This document shows positions 16,810 to 26,978 of a DNA stretch of 64,000 nucleotides, piece by piece. Source of the stretch: Thermoanaerobaculia bacterium (GTDB lineage: Bacteria; Acidobacteriota; Thermoanaerobaculia; Multivoradales; J023); contig JAUIJL010000034.1 in assembly GCA_030431255.1 (NCBI GenBank), positions 5,909 through 69,908 of the forward strand, read 5' to 3'. Every line of letters begins with the position of its first letter. The stretch's first letter is position 1. The position numbers and the translations under genes were made by a program. The notes under the pieces are model-generated. The model was not told the DNA's origin and did not search any database. It saw nothing but the letters and a program-made list of their open reading frames with translations.

Positions 16810-18888
16810 ATGGCTCGAGGCTCGTTTCGATGCATTCGCTCCGCCCTGCGTCCCACCCTGCGTTCCTCCGTACGTTCCACCCTGTGTCGGCTCCGTCCCT
16901 TTCTCAGCTCATCTCACCCCGTATCGACTCTGCTGATCTTGCTCGCCATGGTGGCAGTGCCTCGATGGACCGAGGCCCAGGCTGCTGAAAACACCGAGAT
17001 TTTCGGCGGCGAGGTGGAGGTTCGTTTGGTGGAGGTGGAGGTCCATGTTACCGATCGCAAGGGACATCCGCTGACCGGTCTCACCGTCGACGATTTCGAG
17101 CTCGAGGTCGACCGTGAAGAGCGGGAAATCGAGTTCTTCGAAGCCAAAACATCGGCTCGCCTCGCCGCCTCCGGCGACGGCGTGGTCGAGCGGAAGCCTC
17201 TTTTCTTGGCGGTGTATGTCGATCGTCGCTTCATCGAGCCCGGAGAGCTCGACAATGCACGCCCGATGTTGGAGCGCTTCCTGCTCGATCACTTGAAGAG
17301 CGAGGATCAGGTCTTGCTGGCCACCGCCGACGACGAGGGTTTGAGCGTGTTGCAGTCCTACACTGCGGATCGCCAAGCGGTGGTCGACCGCTTGGCCGGC
17401 CTCGACGGCAAACCCGGAGCCGGCCGATTGGCCGCGGCCATCGGCGCAGTGATGCGGGATTTGAATCAAGAGTTGCGGTTGCGCTCTACCTTGTCCATGT
17501 CGGCGGGCATCGATCCGGCCCCGCAGCTGGGCACCGATGGCGACGGTGGCGACCCGGACGGAGCTTCGGAGCGGGTTCAACGGCAGGGTGGGGATCCACG
17601 GGCGCTTCTGTCGCAAATCGACGGCTTCTCTAAGCGAGTCAATCAGGAGCTGGCGTCCGTTGCCGGCCAGCTCGGACAATTGGTGGGGTCGCTCTCGGGG
17701 CTGCCCGGCCGCAAGCAGGTGCTCTACGTCGGCGGCTCGTTGCCGGTGCGGGCTCCCCTCGACCTCTTCCAAGCCTGGCGGGACGTCTACGATCGCCCGT
17801 TTAACGATTCCGACTATTACCGCAGCAGTGAGCGGGAAGACGGCAACAACGAGCGCTTCATGCTCGACAACTTGGCGTCCAAGGGTCAATACATGGCCGG
17901 CATCGAGATGTTCGAGAATCTGGCCCGGGCCGCGAGCTCCGCCGACGTGGCCTTCAACACCATCAACGTCTCACCCGGGCGCAAGGCCCGTCGCCTGTTC
18001 TCGTCCGGCGCCGATGTGGAAGTCGGCTCGGGCGGCACTCACCAAAGCAACCTCTCCGCGGGCTCGGGCCGGGAGGTGGTCTCGGTGGACGACGGTTTGG
18101 AATCCCTCGCCTTGATCACCGGCGGGCGTCATACCTCGCGACTGAAGAAGCTCGACGACTACTTCTCGGGCTTAGCGAACGATCAGCAGACCCGCTACAT
18201 CCTGGGATTCACCCCTGATCCAAAGGCCGGTGAAAGCCAGAAGATCACGGTGAGCTTGAAGAAATCCAAGGATCGATCCGTGCGCCGGGCCAAGCTGCGA
18301 CACCGGACACATTTTTCGGTCAAGAGCAAAGTCATGGAGCTGGCGGAACGCACCCTTTCCCACCTGATGGTGGACTCCGCCACCGAGAATCCCTTGGGCA
18401 TCTCGGTGGAGGTCGGCGCTCCAGAGGCCAGGGCCGAGGATTGGCGCTTGCAGATCAAGATCATGGTGCCCCTTTCCGAGCTGGTGTTGGTGCCCGATCG
18501 GCGGAGCCATTCCGGTCAGCTGTCGATTTATGCCACCGCGGGTGGCCTCGGCCAAGGATTTGCCCCGATCATGCAAACCAAGGTGCCGGTCCGCCTGAGC
18601 AACAGCAATCTCTTGACCGCCATGGGTCGCCAGGCGGAGTACGAGCTCGACCTGAGGGTTCCGCGGGATCCCCAGCGGGTCTCGGTCACCGTACGCGACG
18701 AATATGGGCCGGTGGAATCCACGATCACCGCCGCGGTCGGTCTGCCGGAGTGGCTGCCCGAGGGTGATTCGGCGGCAGCCCCGGCGGACGGAGATCCGAA
18801 CCTTGACTCGAGCCAAGATGCCGCGACCGGCGAAACAGAAACATCCGCAACCACAGACGCCGCCACCCAGGAGGGCTCTCTCCCTTGA
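16810..18888 (+). CDS. VWA-domain protein with 'VWFA-related acidobacterial' N-terminal domain
   Basis: After the signal/TM region the sequence FGGEVEVRLVEVEVHVTDRKGHPLTGLTVDDFELEVDREEREIEFFE matches the TIGR03436-type signature, followed by VWA features. It is first in a three-gene overlapping operon. Confidence 0.75.
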   Translation: MARGSFRCIRSALRPTLRSSVRSTLCRLRPFLSSSHPVSTLLILLAMVAVPRWTEAQAAENTEIFGGEVEVRLVEVEVHVTDRKGHPLTGLTVDDFELEVDREEREIEFFEAKTSARLAASGDGVVERKPLFLAVYVDRRFIEPGELDNARPMLERFLLDHLKSEDQVLLATADDEGLSVLQSYTADRQAVVDRLAGLDGKPGAGRLAAAIGAVMRDLNQELRLRSTLSMSAGIDPAPQLGTDGDGGDPDGASERVQRQGGDPRALLSQIDGFSKRVNQELASVAGQLGQLVGSLSGLPGRKQVLYVGGSLPVRAPLDLFQAWRDVYDRPFNDSDYYRSSEREDGNNERFMLDNLASKGQYMAGIEMFENLARAASSADVAFNTINVSPGRKARRLFSSGADVEVGSGGTHQSNLSAGSGREVVSVDDGLESLALITGGRHTSRLKKLDDYFSGLANDQQTRYILGFTPDPKAGESQKITVSLKKSKDRSVRRAKLRHRTHFSVKSKVMELAERTLSHLMVDSATENPLGISVEVGAPEARAEDWRLQIKIMVPLSELVLVPDRRSHSGQLSIYATAGGLGQGFAPIMQTKVPVRLSNSNLLTAMGRQAEYELDLRVPRDPQRVSVTVRDEYGPVESTITAAVGLPEWLPEGDSAAAPADGDPNLDSSQDAATGETETSATTDAATQEGSLP

Positions 18889-21206
18889 CTAGGCCAATCG
18901 TAAACAGGCCAAGCTCTTTCCGGCTTTCCCGCGAGGGAAGTCTCTTTTTTTCCGCTCTTCCCGCTTCTTTCGCTGCGCTGCTTTTATGGTTCGGGTTCTT
19001 CGGCGTCGTGTCGGCCGGGGTCGTGCGAGCGCAGGAACCCACAGGGGAGGAGACCACTGCTTCTCCGGCTCCGACCGAAATCGAAGCCCTGCCGGCGGTG
19101 GTCAAGCTACGCACCGCGGCCCTTTTGCTCAGCGATCAACAGGGGGGTGAGCTGGCCATGGTCAGCTCCGTGGTCCGCAGACCCGGTGACAAGAAGTCCG
19201 TGGACGCCTTGCTGACGGTGGAAATCGACGACAGCTCCCTGCGGCAAGCGTTGCCCGAAGGCGGGGCGGTTGAGGGATTCGTTTACCTGGTCGACCGGCG
19301 GCTGGAAATTTTCGATTCCGTGAGCGTGGCATGGACGCTACCCGGGCCGCCGGACCGGCCTGGGGTCGAAAAGCCCGGGGGGATTGAGCCCACGGTGCCG
19401 AGCGATGGCTCAGAAGCCTCCGCTGCGGGAGCCCCCGCACCCTCCCCGGAAGCGGAGCCGACCACAGGTCCTGAAGATCCGATGGCGGATGGCTCCACAG
19501 AAGAGGCGAGCCCCGAGGTCCAATTCGCGGATTCAGAAAGTGAAGACTCGGCATCCAAAGACCTGGGCACCGGATTGGATCCCATTCGATTCACCGCGGT
19601 GTTCCCGGCGCCGGCCGCCGGTGACTATGTGTTCAGGATTCTGTTCCGGGCGGGGGAGCATTTCGGCTTGCGATCGGTGCCCCTTTCAATTCCCGCGGCC
19701 AACGATTCGGTGGCCTCGATGTTGGAGCCGATCTTGGAGGTCCCGCCACCGGAAAACGATCGATGGCTCCGGGTATCCCCCGCGGGCCGTGGTACGACCG
19801 CGGATCACCTGCAACCCGGTCTCTCCATCTTGCGTCCGGGCACCCAAGTTCCACTGACCTTTGCTCGATCCTCCAAGTCGGACGTCGGCGAGGTGCGCTT
19901 GGAGCTCGCGCGAGACGGCGAGGCCCGCGTGGTGCCGGTCACGGGCTCGCGCTCCGCCAATGGGCTCTTCCATGGCCAGGTGGACCTTCCCGCGGACCTG
20001 GAAGTCGGCCAATACCAGCTTCGGCTCCTGGCGGACAGCGCTCGACCGTCTCTCACCACCGATGTCCTGGTGCTCGATGATTCGCTGCCTGCGATTCGTT
20101 GGACGGAGCTCGATCGCCTGGCCTCCCACGAGACCACCTTCTCCGGCGAGGCATTGCGCATGCCCGCCAGCGAGCGTCAGCGGGTGATCGCCACCCGCCG
20201 TGAGCTCTTCCAAGTGGTGGTGGATATGGAAGAAGGCGTGGAGACGGCCCTGGCCCGATTCCGGGCCCTTGAGCAATCCCTCGACGAGCAGCTGGGCACT
20301 GACACCATTCCCTTCCTGGAGACCCAGCTCTCCAAGGTGGTCACCCGACTGATGCGCAAAACCCGCAAGCAGCCGGAGCTGACCATGGGGCTCGCTTGGT
20401 TGTTTATGGAGCACGCCGAGCAGCATCGAAGGGGCGGCAGCTACCGGTTCTCCCGCTTGGGCCAGGATATGTCACTCGAAATCCTGCGGAAGCTCGGTGA
20501 GGACTCGAAGAGCAAGACCCTGGCGGCCGAGGCCATGGCGATCTTAGGCGGCTGGTTACAACGACAACGGTTCCTAGATCCTGCGGAAGCGGTCTTGAAG
20601 GAAGCCCTGGCGCTCGAGCCCGAGGCCCCCTATGCCCTGTCGTCTCTGGCGGCGATTTACGAACGCTACGACCGGGTCAAAGACGCGGCAGAGGTTCTGG
20701 AAAAGTTGGTGGAGGTGGAGCCGGATCGTCCCCTCGCTCGGGTGCGGTTGGCCGTCGCCCTGCATCGATTGGGCGAGCTCGAGCGAGCGAGCAAAGAGCT
20801 CGATCGGGTCCTCCAGGCGGCGCAACCGTCCGGAGCCGGCGAGCCGGCGAGCACACCCTGGTGGCTAGCGTTGGCCCATCAAGAAAAGGTCCGGCTTGCC
20901 GTGGATCGCGGGCAGATCCAACAGGCCCAACAAGCTTTAAACGAGGGCTTGAAAGTATTGCCCGAGGATCCGGTCCTACGCTTCGCGCAGCCCTGGCTGC
21001 TGTCGCTCAAAGGCCAACCGGACTCCGCACGACAAGGCCTCTTGGAGCTGGCCTCGTCACCGGACGGCGAGAATGCGCGGAATCGTTTCCACGCTTGGCC
21101 GCGAGCCCATTTGGATGCCTTGTCACGGAAAATGAGACAAACGACCCGAGCGGCGAGCCCCGAGCTGGCGGCCCTTGCCCGCACTGCTTTGGAGAAGACC
21201 CAATGA
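18885..21206 (+). CDS. secreted TPR-repeat protein with acidic disordered linker
   Basis: 773 aa with a TTG start overlapping the upstream stop (TTGA). There is a TM/signal segment, an Asp/Glu/Pro/Ser-rich region, and C-terminal TPR-like repeats (EAPYALSSLAAIYERYDRVKDAAEVLEKLVEVEPD...). Confidence 0.6.
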   Translation: MTRPIVNRPSSFRLSREGSLFFSALPASFAALLLWFGFFGVVSAGVVRAQEPTGEETTASPAPTEIEALPAVVKLRTAALLLSDQQGGELAMVSSVVRRPGDKKSVDALLTVEIDDSSLRQALPEGGAVEGFVYLVDRRLEIFDSVSVAWTLPGPPDRPGVEKPGGIEPTVPSDGSEASAAGAPAPSPEAEPTTGPEDPMADGSTEEASPEVQFADSESEDSASKDLGTGLDPIRFTAVFPAPAAGDYVFRILFRAGEHFGLRSVPLSIPAANDSVASMLEPILEVPPPENDRWLRVSPAGRGTTADHLQPGLSILRPGTQVPLTFARSSKSDVGEVRLELARDGEARVVPVTGSRSANGLFHGQVDLPADLEVGQYQLRLLADSARPSLTTDVLVLDDSLPAIRWTELDRLASHETTFSGEALRMPASERQRVIATRRELFQVVVDMEEGVETALARFRALEQSLDEQLGTDTIPFLETQLSKVVTRLMRKTRKQPELTMGLAWLFMEHAEQHRRGGSYRFSRLGQDMSLEILRKLGEDSKSKTLAAEAMAILGGWLQRQRFLDPAEAVLKEALALEPEAPYALSSLAAIYERYDRVKDAAEVLEKLVEVEPDRPLARVRLAVALHRLGELERASKELDRVLQAAQPSGAGEPASTPWWLALAHQEKVRLAVDRGQIQQAQQALNEGLKVLPEDPVLRFAQPWLLSLKGQPDSARQGLLELASSPDGENARNRFHAWPRAHLDALSRKMRQTTRAASPELAALARTALEKTQ

Positions 21207-22453
21207 GCCCCCAACGCTTCGGCTTGCTCGCAGGCCGCACACGTGACGCCTCGGTGGTCAGGAAACCGTCCGCCGGCACATGGGTTCGGGTCGCTGTGGT
21301 TTTGGCGTGGCTGCTGACCGCTTCGGGCTTGATCGCGGCCGACGACATGATGGTCACAGTGCTGAAACCAGAACCCGGACAGCTGCTCTTCGGCGAGGTG
21401 GAAATCAGCGTCGATATCTTCGAAATCGAAGGCGACCCGTTGAGCACCGTGGATTTCTTCGTCGACGATCAATTCATCGATCGCTTGCGATCCGCGCCGT
21501 GGTCCACCCGCCATGACGTGGGAGATAAGCCGATTCCCCACCGCTTCGAGGTGGTGGCCACCACCGAGAGCGGTAAGACCGCCTCCGCGGTGCTGGTCAG
21601 CAAGGGTGTGCGTGTGGACCTGGAGGTCGAGTCCGCGCTCCAGCAGCTTTACATCACCGTCGAGCGCAATGGTCAGCGGGTGAAGGACCTGACCCGAGAC
21701 CAATTCCGGGTCTTGGACGACGAGGAAGAGCAGCAGATCGTGACCTTCGAAGGCGGCGACGTGCCGATCACCGCCCTGATCATGGTCGATGCCAGCGACA
21801 GCATGCGCGGCTCCCGGTTGCGGTCCGCCCTGGCCGGCGCGTCGGCCTTCGTCGACGGCATGCACGCGTTGGATCAAGCTCAGCTGTTGCTCTTCTCCGA
21901 TCGCATCGTGCACCAAACCCCGTTCACCAATTTTCCCGAGGTGCTCAAAGCAGGGCTCTCGGGGGTCAAGGCCGACGGTGGCACCTCCTTGGACGATCAC
22001 CTCTACGTGGCCATGGAACGCCTCGAAGCCCATCAGGGACGGCGGGTGATCATCCTCTTGTCGGACGGGATCGACGTCTCCAGCCTGCTGCGCATGCAAG
22101 ACGTGGAGCGCAGCGCCCGGCGCAGCCAAGCGCTGATCTATTGGATCCGTCCGGGCACCCTAGCGCCCGGGGGCCGTTTGTACTCGGCGTGGCGCGGAGA
22201 CAAAGAGCACCGCCAAGAGCTCGATATGTTGGAGACCATGGTGACCCGGAGCGGCGGTCGGATCGTCGGCGTGCGCACGGTCAAGGAAGCCCGACCGGCG
22301 TTCGAGAAGATTCTGCAAGAGCTGCGAGAGCAATACGTCATCGGCTACTACCCGACCGTGGATCGCGGCGACGGATCTTGGCACGAGGTAGAGGTCAAGA
22401 CCCGTCAACGGGGTCTGGACATCCGGGCTCGAGAAGGCTACCTCGATGAATAG
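21203..22453 (+). CDS. VWA-domain protein with 'VWFA-related acidobacterial' N-terminal domain
   Basis: The ATG overlaps the upstream stop (ATGA). A signal peptide is followed by LFGEVEISVDI..., RDQFRVLDDEEEQQIVTFEG, and the VWA MIDAS-like DASDSM plus ...SDG motifs. The track ORF begins earlier at 20861, but the coupled ATG 21203 with a signal peptide is the likelier start. Confidence 0.75.
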   Translation: MSPQRFGLLAGRTRDASVVRKPSAGTWVRVAVVLAWLLTASGLIAADDMMVTVLKPEPGQLLFGEVEISVDIFEIEGDPLSTVDFFVDDQFIDRLRSAPWSTRHDVGDKPIPHRFEVVATTESGKTASAVLVSKGVRVDLEVESALQQLYITVERNGQRVKDLTRDQFRVLDDEEEQQIVTFEGGDVPITALIMVDASDSMRGSRLRSALAGASAFVDGMHALDQAQLLLFSDRIVHQTPFTNFPEVLKAGLSGVKADGGTSLDDHLYVAMERLEAHQGRRVIILLSDGIDVSSLLRMQDVERSARRSQALIYWIRPGTLAPGGRLYSAWRGDKEHRQELDMLETMVTRSGGRIVGVRTVKEARPAFEKILQELREQYVIGYYPTVDRGDGSWHEVEVKTRQRGLDIRAREGYLDE

Positions 22454-22551
22454 GGGTGAGGGCGACGGTCGAGCTGTAAGAACCCTGTAAACCTCTCGAC
22501 AGCCGGCAACCCCTGGATGGGGGCCGCGTATCATGGAAAGACTCAGCTGCC

Positions 22552-22583
22552 TCAGTGGAGCTCGAATCCACTGACTTCTTTTT
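22552..22583 (+). terminator. intrinsic terminator: TCAGTGGA-7nt loop-TCCACTGA followed by CTTCTTTTT
   Basis: Seen directly; 8-bp stem plus T-tract, 100 nt after the VWA stop. Confidence 0.5.
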
Positions 22584-22628
22584 CGCGAACGAATTTGTCG
22601 CGAACGCTTTCTGTGAGAGCGCCTTCAA

Positions 22629-23834
22629 GTGCTCGGGACCTCAGGCCTCGAACGGCCAGGAATGCTTATGCTGTTACGAAAACTTGCCCTTCTTTTGGTG
22701 CTCTTGCTCACCTCCGCCTGTGGCGGCGGTGGCGAGGCCGACCCCGACCCCGCCTCGCTGATCCGGTCTTCGACGGATTCCGAGCCTCGCCCGGCCTCGA
22801 ACGGCAACCCCCAAGGGGCGTCCGGCTCCCGGGGATCGTCCGCCTCGACCTCAGGGGAGCCCGCGGCGACAGAGAGCTCGTCGTTGCCGGTTCGGGTGTA
22901 CCGGGTCAGCGGCCGAGTCGTCGACGATGCCATTTCCACCACCGGCGAGCTGCGGGCCAATGAGGAAGTGGATCTGCGAGCCGAGGAGGAAGGACGCATC
23001 GTGGACCTGCGGTTTGAGGAAGGTCAAGCCGTGCGCAAGGGTGAGCTGTTGGTGAAAATCAACGACGCGGATTTGGTCGCGGAGAAACGCCGCCTAGAGG
23101 TGCAAAGGGATCTGGCCCAGCGTCGGGAGCAGCGGTCGAGGGCCCTGCTGGAAGAGCAGACTCTGAGCCAGGACGTTTACGAAGAGGCCCGAGGCCGTTT
23201 ACAGGTCTTGGAAGCCCAGCTCGAGCAGGTGGCGGCTGAGATCGACAAAACCGAGATTCGGGCGCCGTTCGCGGGCGTCGTCGGCCTACGCCAGGTGTCG
23301 AAGGGCAGCCTGATCAACTCCTCGACCACCATCGCCCGATTGCAGAACCTGGATCCGATCAAATTGGATTTCTCGGTGCCGGAGAAATACGCCGGTGAGC
23401 TGGGCGCCGGCGACACGGTGACCTTCACTGTCAGCGGTAGCGATCGGACCTTTGAGGGCAAGGTGTACGCCGTGGAGCCGCGCATCGATCCCAACACCCG
23501 CACGGTGCAAGTGCGGGCGCGGGCCGCCAACAAGGAATTTGCGCTCTTTCCCGGAGCGTTCGCCAAAGTGCGGGTGGTGCTGAATCGCCAAGACGGCGCT
23601 TTGATGGTGCCCTCCATCGCCTTGATCCCCGGCGCCCAAAGCACCAGCGTGTACGTGGCGAAGGACGGCAAAGCCGAGCGCCGTTCGGTGGACGTGGGCA
23701 AGCGGACCGAGGATCGAGTGCAGATCCTGAGCGGTCTCGAAGAAGGCGACAGAGTGATCGTCTCCGGGATTCAGCAAATGCGCCCGGATCTCGACATCGA
23801 GGTGCTCGAGGCGGCCGAGGAGCCCGCCCCATGA
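22629..23834 (+). CDS. RND efflux periplasmic adaptor (membrane fusion protein), lipoprotein
   Basis: 401 aa with lipobox LLTSACGGG, coiled-coil hairpin, lipoyl and beta-barrel segments typical of HlyD/AcrA-like MFPs (...IRAPFAGVVG..., TVQVRA). Confidence 0.85.
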   Translation: MLGTSGLERPGMLMLLRKLALLLVLLLTSACGGGGEADPDPASLIRSSTDSEPRPASNGNPQGASGSRGSSASTSGEPAATESSSLPVRVYRVSGRVVDDAISTTGELRANEEVDLRAEEEGRIVDLRFEEGQAVRKGELLVKINDADLVAEKRRLEVQRDLAQRREQRSRALLEEQTLSQDVYEEARGRLQVLEAQLEQVAAEIDKTEIRAPFAGVVGLRQVSKGSLINSSTTIARLQNLDPIKLDFSVPEKYAGELGAGDTVTFTVSGSDRTFEGKVYAVEPRIDPNTRTVQVRARAANKEFALFPGAFAKVRVVLNRQDGALMVPSIALIPGAQSTSVYVAKDGKAERRSVDVGKRTEDRVQILSGLEEGDRVIVSGIQQMRPDLDIEVLEAAEEPAP

Positions 23835-26800
23835 CCCTCTACACCCTGAGCATTCGACGGCCGGTGCTGGCGATCGTCATGTCGCTGGTGATTCTGATTT
23901 TCGGTGCCATCTCCTTCAAAGAGCTGGGCATCCGCGAGTATCCCTCGGTGGAGCCGCCGGTGATCACCGTCAGCACCAATTACACCGGCGCCAACGCGGA
24001 TGTCATCGAGTCGCAGATCACCCAGGTGCTCGAGGAGAAGATCAACTCGGTGCCGGGATTGGAGACCCTCACCTCCACCAGCCGCGAAGGCCGCTCGACC
24101 ATCACCGCCGAGTTCAGCCTGGGAGTGGACCTGGAGACCGCCGCCAACGACGTGCGCGACAAGGTCAGCCAAGGGGTTCGCGAGCTGCCGCCGGAGGTGG
24201 ATCCACCGTCGGTCTCCAAAGCCGACGCCGATCGCGTGCCGGTGGTGTTCTTGAACGTCAAAGGCCTCGAGGTGGACGGCAAAGCCCGCAGCCTGCTGGA
24301 GCTCACCGATTTCGCCGACAATGTGCTCAAGGAGCGTTTGCAGACCATTCCCGGAGTCGCCGAGGTGGATATCTGGGGCTCTAAACGCTATGCCATGCGT
24401 CTGTGGCTCGATCCCAATCGCTTGGCCGCATACGGGCTCACGCCGGTGGACGTGCGCACGGTGTTGCAGCGGGAGAACGTGGAGCTGCCGGCCGGCCGGA
24501 TCGAAGGGGTCGACGTCGAGCTGACTGTGCGGACCAAGAGCCGTCTGCACACGGTGCAGGATTTCGAGGATTTGGTGCTCAAACAGGACGAGGGGCGGGT
24601 GGTGCGGCTTTCGGACGTCGGATACGCCGAGCTGGCGCCCGAGAACCTTCGCACCCTCTTGCGGCGCGACGGCATTCCCATGGTCGGAGTGGTGTTGCGG
24701 CCGCAGCCGGGTGCCAATCAAATCGAGATCGTCGACGAGTTCTATCGCCGGGTCGCTCAGGTCAAAGAAGAGCTGCCGAATGACCTGGAGCTGGGCATCG
24801 GCTTCGACATCAGCCAATACATCCGCCAATCCGTCCGAGAGGTCAAGCAGACTTTCTTCATTGCTCTGTCCCTAGTGGTGGCGATCATCTTCCTTTTCTT
24901 GCGGGATTGGCGCACCACCTTGATTCCGGTGCTGGTGATTCCAGTCTCTTTGATCGGCGTGTTCTTGATCATGAACCTGGCCGGGTTCTCGATCAACGTG
25001 TTGACCATGTTGGGCATGGTGTTGGCCATCGGCTTGGTGGTCGACGACGCGATTGTGGTCCTGGAGAATATCTACGCCAAGATCGAGCAGGGCGAGCAGC
25101 CCATGGCCGCCGGTGTCGAGGGCACCCGCGAGATTTTCTTCGCGGTCATCGCCACCACCCTGGCTTTGGTGGCAGTCTTTCTGCCGATTCTCTTCTTGGG
25201 CGGGCTCACCGGGCAGTTGTTCCGCGAATTCGGCGTGACCATCGCCGGAGCGGTGGTGATCTCATCGTTCGCCGCCCTCACGTTGACCCCCATGTTGTGC
25301 ACCCGGCTGCTCAAAAAACGTCAACGCCAACCGTGGATTTATCGCGTCACCGAGCCCTTTTTCCAAGGTCTGACCAGCGCTTACCGCAAGACCCTAAAGG
25401 GCTTCATGGGTGTGCGCTGGTTGGCGCTTCCGATCCTGTTGGTGTCGTTCGCCCTCTCCTGGTGGATCGGCACGGGTCTGCCGTCGGAGCTGGCGCCGAT
25501 GGAGGACCGCGGCTCGATTCGCATCATGTCCACGGCGCCGGAGGGTGCGTCGTACGAGTACATGGACGAGTACATCCAAGACGTGGTCCAGGTGTTGAAG
25601 GAGAAGGTGCCCGAATCGGTGGGTGTGATCGCCGTGACCTCACCCGGCTTCGGCGCCTCGTCGAGCGTCAACTCGGGATTTGTACGGGTCAAGCTCACGG
25701 ACGCCTCCGAGCGAGATCGCTCCCAAAGTGAGATCGCGTCCGCGATCACCGCTGAGCTGAGCGCCAAAACCGGTGCCCGCTCCTTCGTCACCCAACAGCC
25801 GACCATCGGCCGTGGACGTCGCGGCCAGCCCGTTCAATACGTCATCCAAGCCCCGAGCTTCGAGCGTCTGCGGGAGATCCTGCCGGAATTCCTCTCCCAA
25901 GCCCGCGCCGACGAGACGTTCTCGGTGGTCACCGTCGATCTCAAATTCAACAAACCGGAGCTTGTGATCGACATCGATCGAGATCGTGCCCGGGATCTCG
26001 GGGTCTCGGCCCTGGATATCGGTCAGACCCTGTCGGCGGCGTTGTCGGGTCAACGTTTCGGATACTTCTTGAAGGACGGCAAGCAATATCAGGTCATCGG
26101 TCAGCTCTTGCGTGAGAATCGCGACGAGCCCTTGGATTTGGCGTCCCTGCATGTCAAAGGCGGCGACGGCCGTCTCGTGCAGCTCGACAACCTGGTGACC
26201 CTGCGGGAAACCGCCAGCCCGCCGCAGATCTATCGTTTCAACCGCTACGTGTCGGCCACGGTATCCGCCTCGTTGGCGGACGGTCACACCATCGGTGAAG
26301 GCATTGCGGCCATGGATCGGGTGCGCGATCAAGTGCTCGACGACACCTTCCAAACCGCCCTGGCCGGTGAGTCCAAGGATTTCGTGGAATCGGCGTCGAG
26401 CCTGGGTTTCGTCTTCCTGTTGGCCGTGCTGCTGATCTACTTGGTGCTGGCGGCCCAATTCGAAAGCTTCCGCGACCCCTTCATCATCATGCTCACCGTG
26501 CCCCTGGCACTGGCCGGCGGATTTCTCGCCCTCAGCATGACCGGGCAGACCTTCAACATCTTCAGCCAAATCGGCCTGATCATGTTGTTGGGTTTGGTGA
26601 CCAAAAACGGCATCTTGATCGTGGAATTCGCCAATCAACGACGCCTGCGGGGCGATGACATCCTCGAAGCCGCCCAACACGCCGCCGTGGCCCGGTTCCG
26701 ACCCGTGCTGATGACCAGCATGTCGACCATGTTGGGCATCCTGCCGATCGCCCTGGCCCTCGGTGCCGGCTCCGAAAGCCGCCAGTCCATGGGCATCGCG

Positions 26801-26956
26801 GTGATCGGCGGCCTGCTGATGGGCAGCCTGCTGACCCTCTACGTGGTGCCGGCCATGTACACCTACCTGGCGAGCCGCGAGGTCCGCTCCGTGGAGGTGG
26901 AAGAGCTGCAACCCGTTTCCGATGGCCTGGCGGGAGGTCTGCCGGAAACTGCTTGA
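23831..26956 (+). CDS. RND-family efflux permease (HAE1/AcrB-like)
   Basis: 1041 aa with 12-TM architecture and two large periplasmic loops. The N-terminus MTLYTLSIRRPVLAIVMSLVILIFG...EYP is typical. It overlaps the MFP stop (ATGA). Confidence 0.9.
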   Translation: MTLYTLSIRRPVLAIVMSLVILIFGAISFKELGIREYPSVEPPVITVSTNYTGANADVIESQITQVLEEKINSVPGLETLTSTSREGRSTITAEFSLGVDLETAANDVRDKVSQGVRELPPEVDPPSVSKADADRVPVVFLNVKGLEVDGKARSLLELTDFADNVLKERLQTIPGVAEVDIWGSKRYAMRLWLDPNRLAAYGLTPVDVRTVLQRENVELPAGRIEGVDVELTVRTKSRLHTVQDFEDLVLKQDEGRVVRLSDVGYAELAPENLRTLLRRDGIPMVGVVLRPQPGANQIEIVDEFYRRVAQVKEELPNDLELGIGFDISQYIRQSVREVKQTFFIALSLVVAIIFLFLRDWRTTLIPVLVIPVSLIGVFLIMNLAGFSINVLTMLGMVLAIGLVVDDAIVVLENIYAKIEQGEQPMAAGVEGTREIFFAVIATTLALVAVFLPILFLGGLTGQLFREFGVTIAGAVVISSFAALTLTPMLCTRLLKKRQRQPWIYRVTEPFFQGLTSAYRKTLKGFMGVRWLALPILLVSFALSWWIGTGLPSELAPMEDRGSIRIMSTAPEGASYEYMDEYIQDVVQVLKEKVPESVGVIAVTSPGFGASSSVNSGFVRVKLTDASERDRSQSEIASAITAELSAKTGARSFVTQQPTIGRGRRGQPVQYVIQAPSFERLREILPEFLSQARADETFSVVTVDLKFNKPELVIDIDRDRARDLGVSALDIGQTLSAALSGQRFGYFLKDGKQYQVIGQLLRENRDEPLDLASLHVKGGDGRLVQLDNLVTLRETASPPQIYRFNRYVSATVSASLADGHTIGEGIAAMDRVRDQVLDDTFQTALAGESKDFVESASSLGFVFLLAVLLIYLVLAAQFESFRDPFIIMLTVPLALAGGFLALSMTGQTFNIFSQIGLIMLLGLVTKNGILIVEFANQRRLRGDDILEAAQHAAVARFRPVLMTSMSTMLGILPIALALGAGSESRQSMGIAVIGGLLMGSLLTLYVVPAMYTYLASREVRSVEVEELQPVSDGLAGGLPETA

Positions 26957-26978
26957 TCGGCTGTGCCTTCGGAGTGAA

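Noticed and set aside
15339-16880. 513-aa minus-strand ORF (Arg/Gly/Pro-rich)
   Set aside because: It is an alternative frame of the 15053-16453 M24 peptidase gene and runs across the divergent promoter into the VWA gene. The composition is typical of shadow ORFs in high-GC DNA and there are no motifs.
20879-22129. 416-aa minus-strand ORF
   Set aside because: Antisense to the third VWA gene of the operon; no motifs.
23771-26911. 352-aa and 423-aa minus-strand ORFs (His/Gly-rich)
   Set aside because: Antisense or alternative frames within the RND permease gene.
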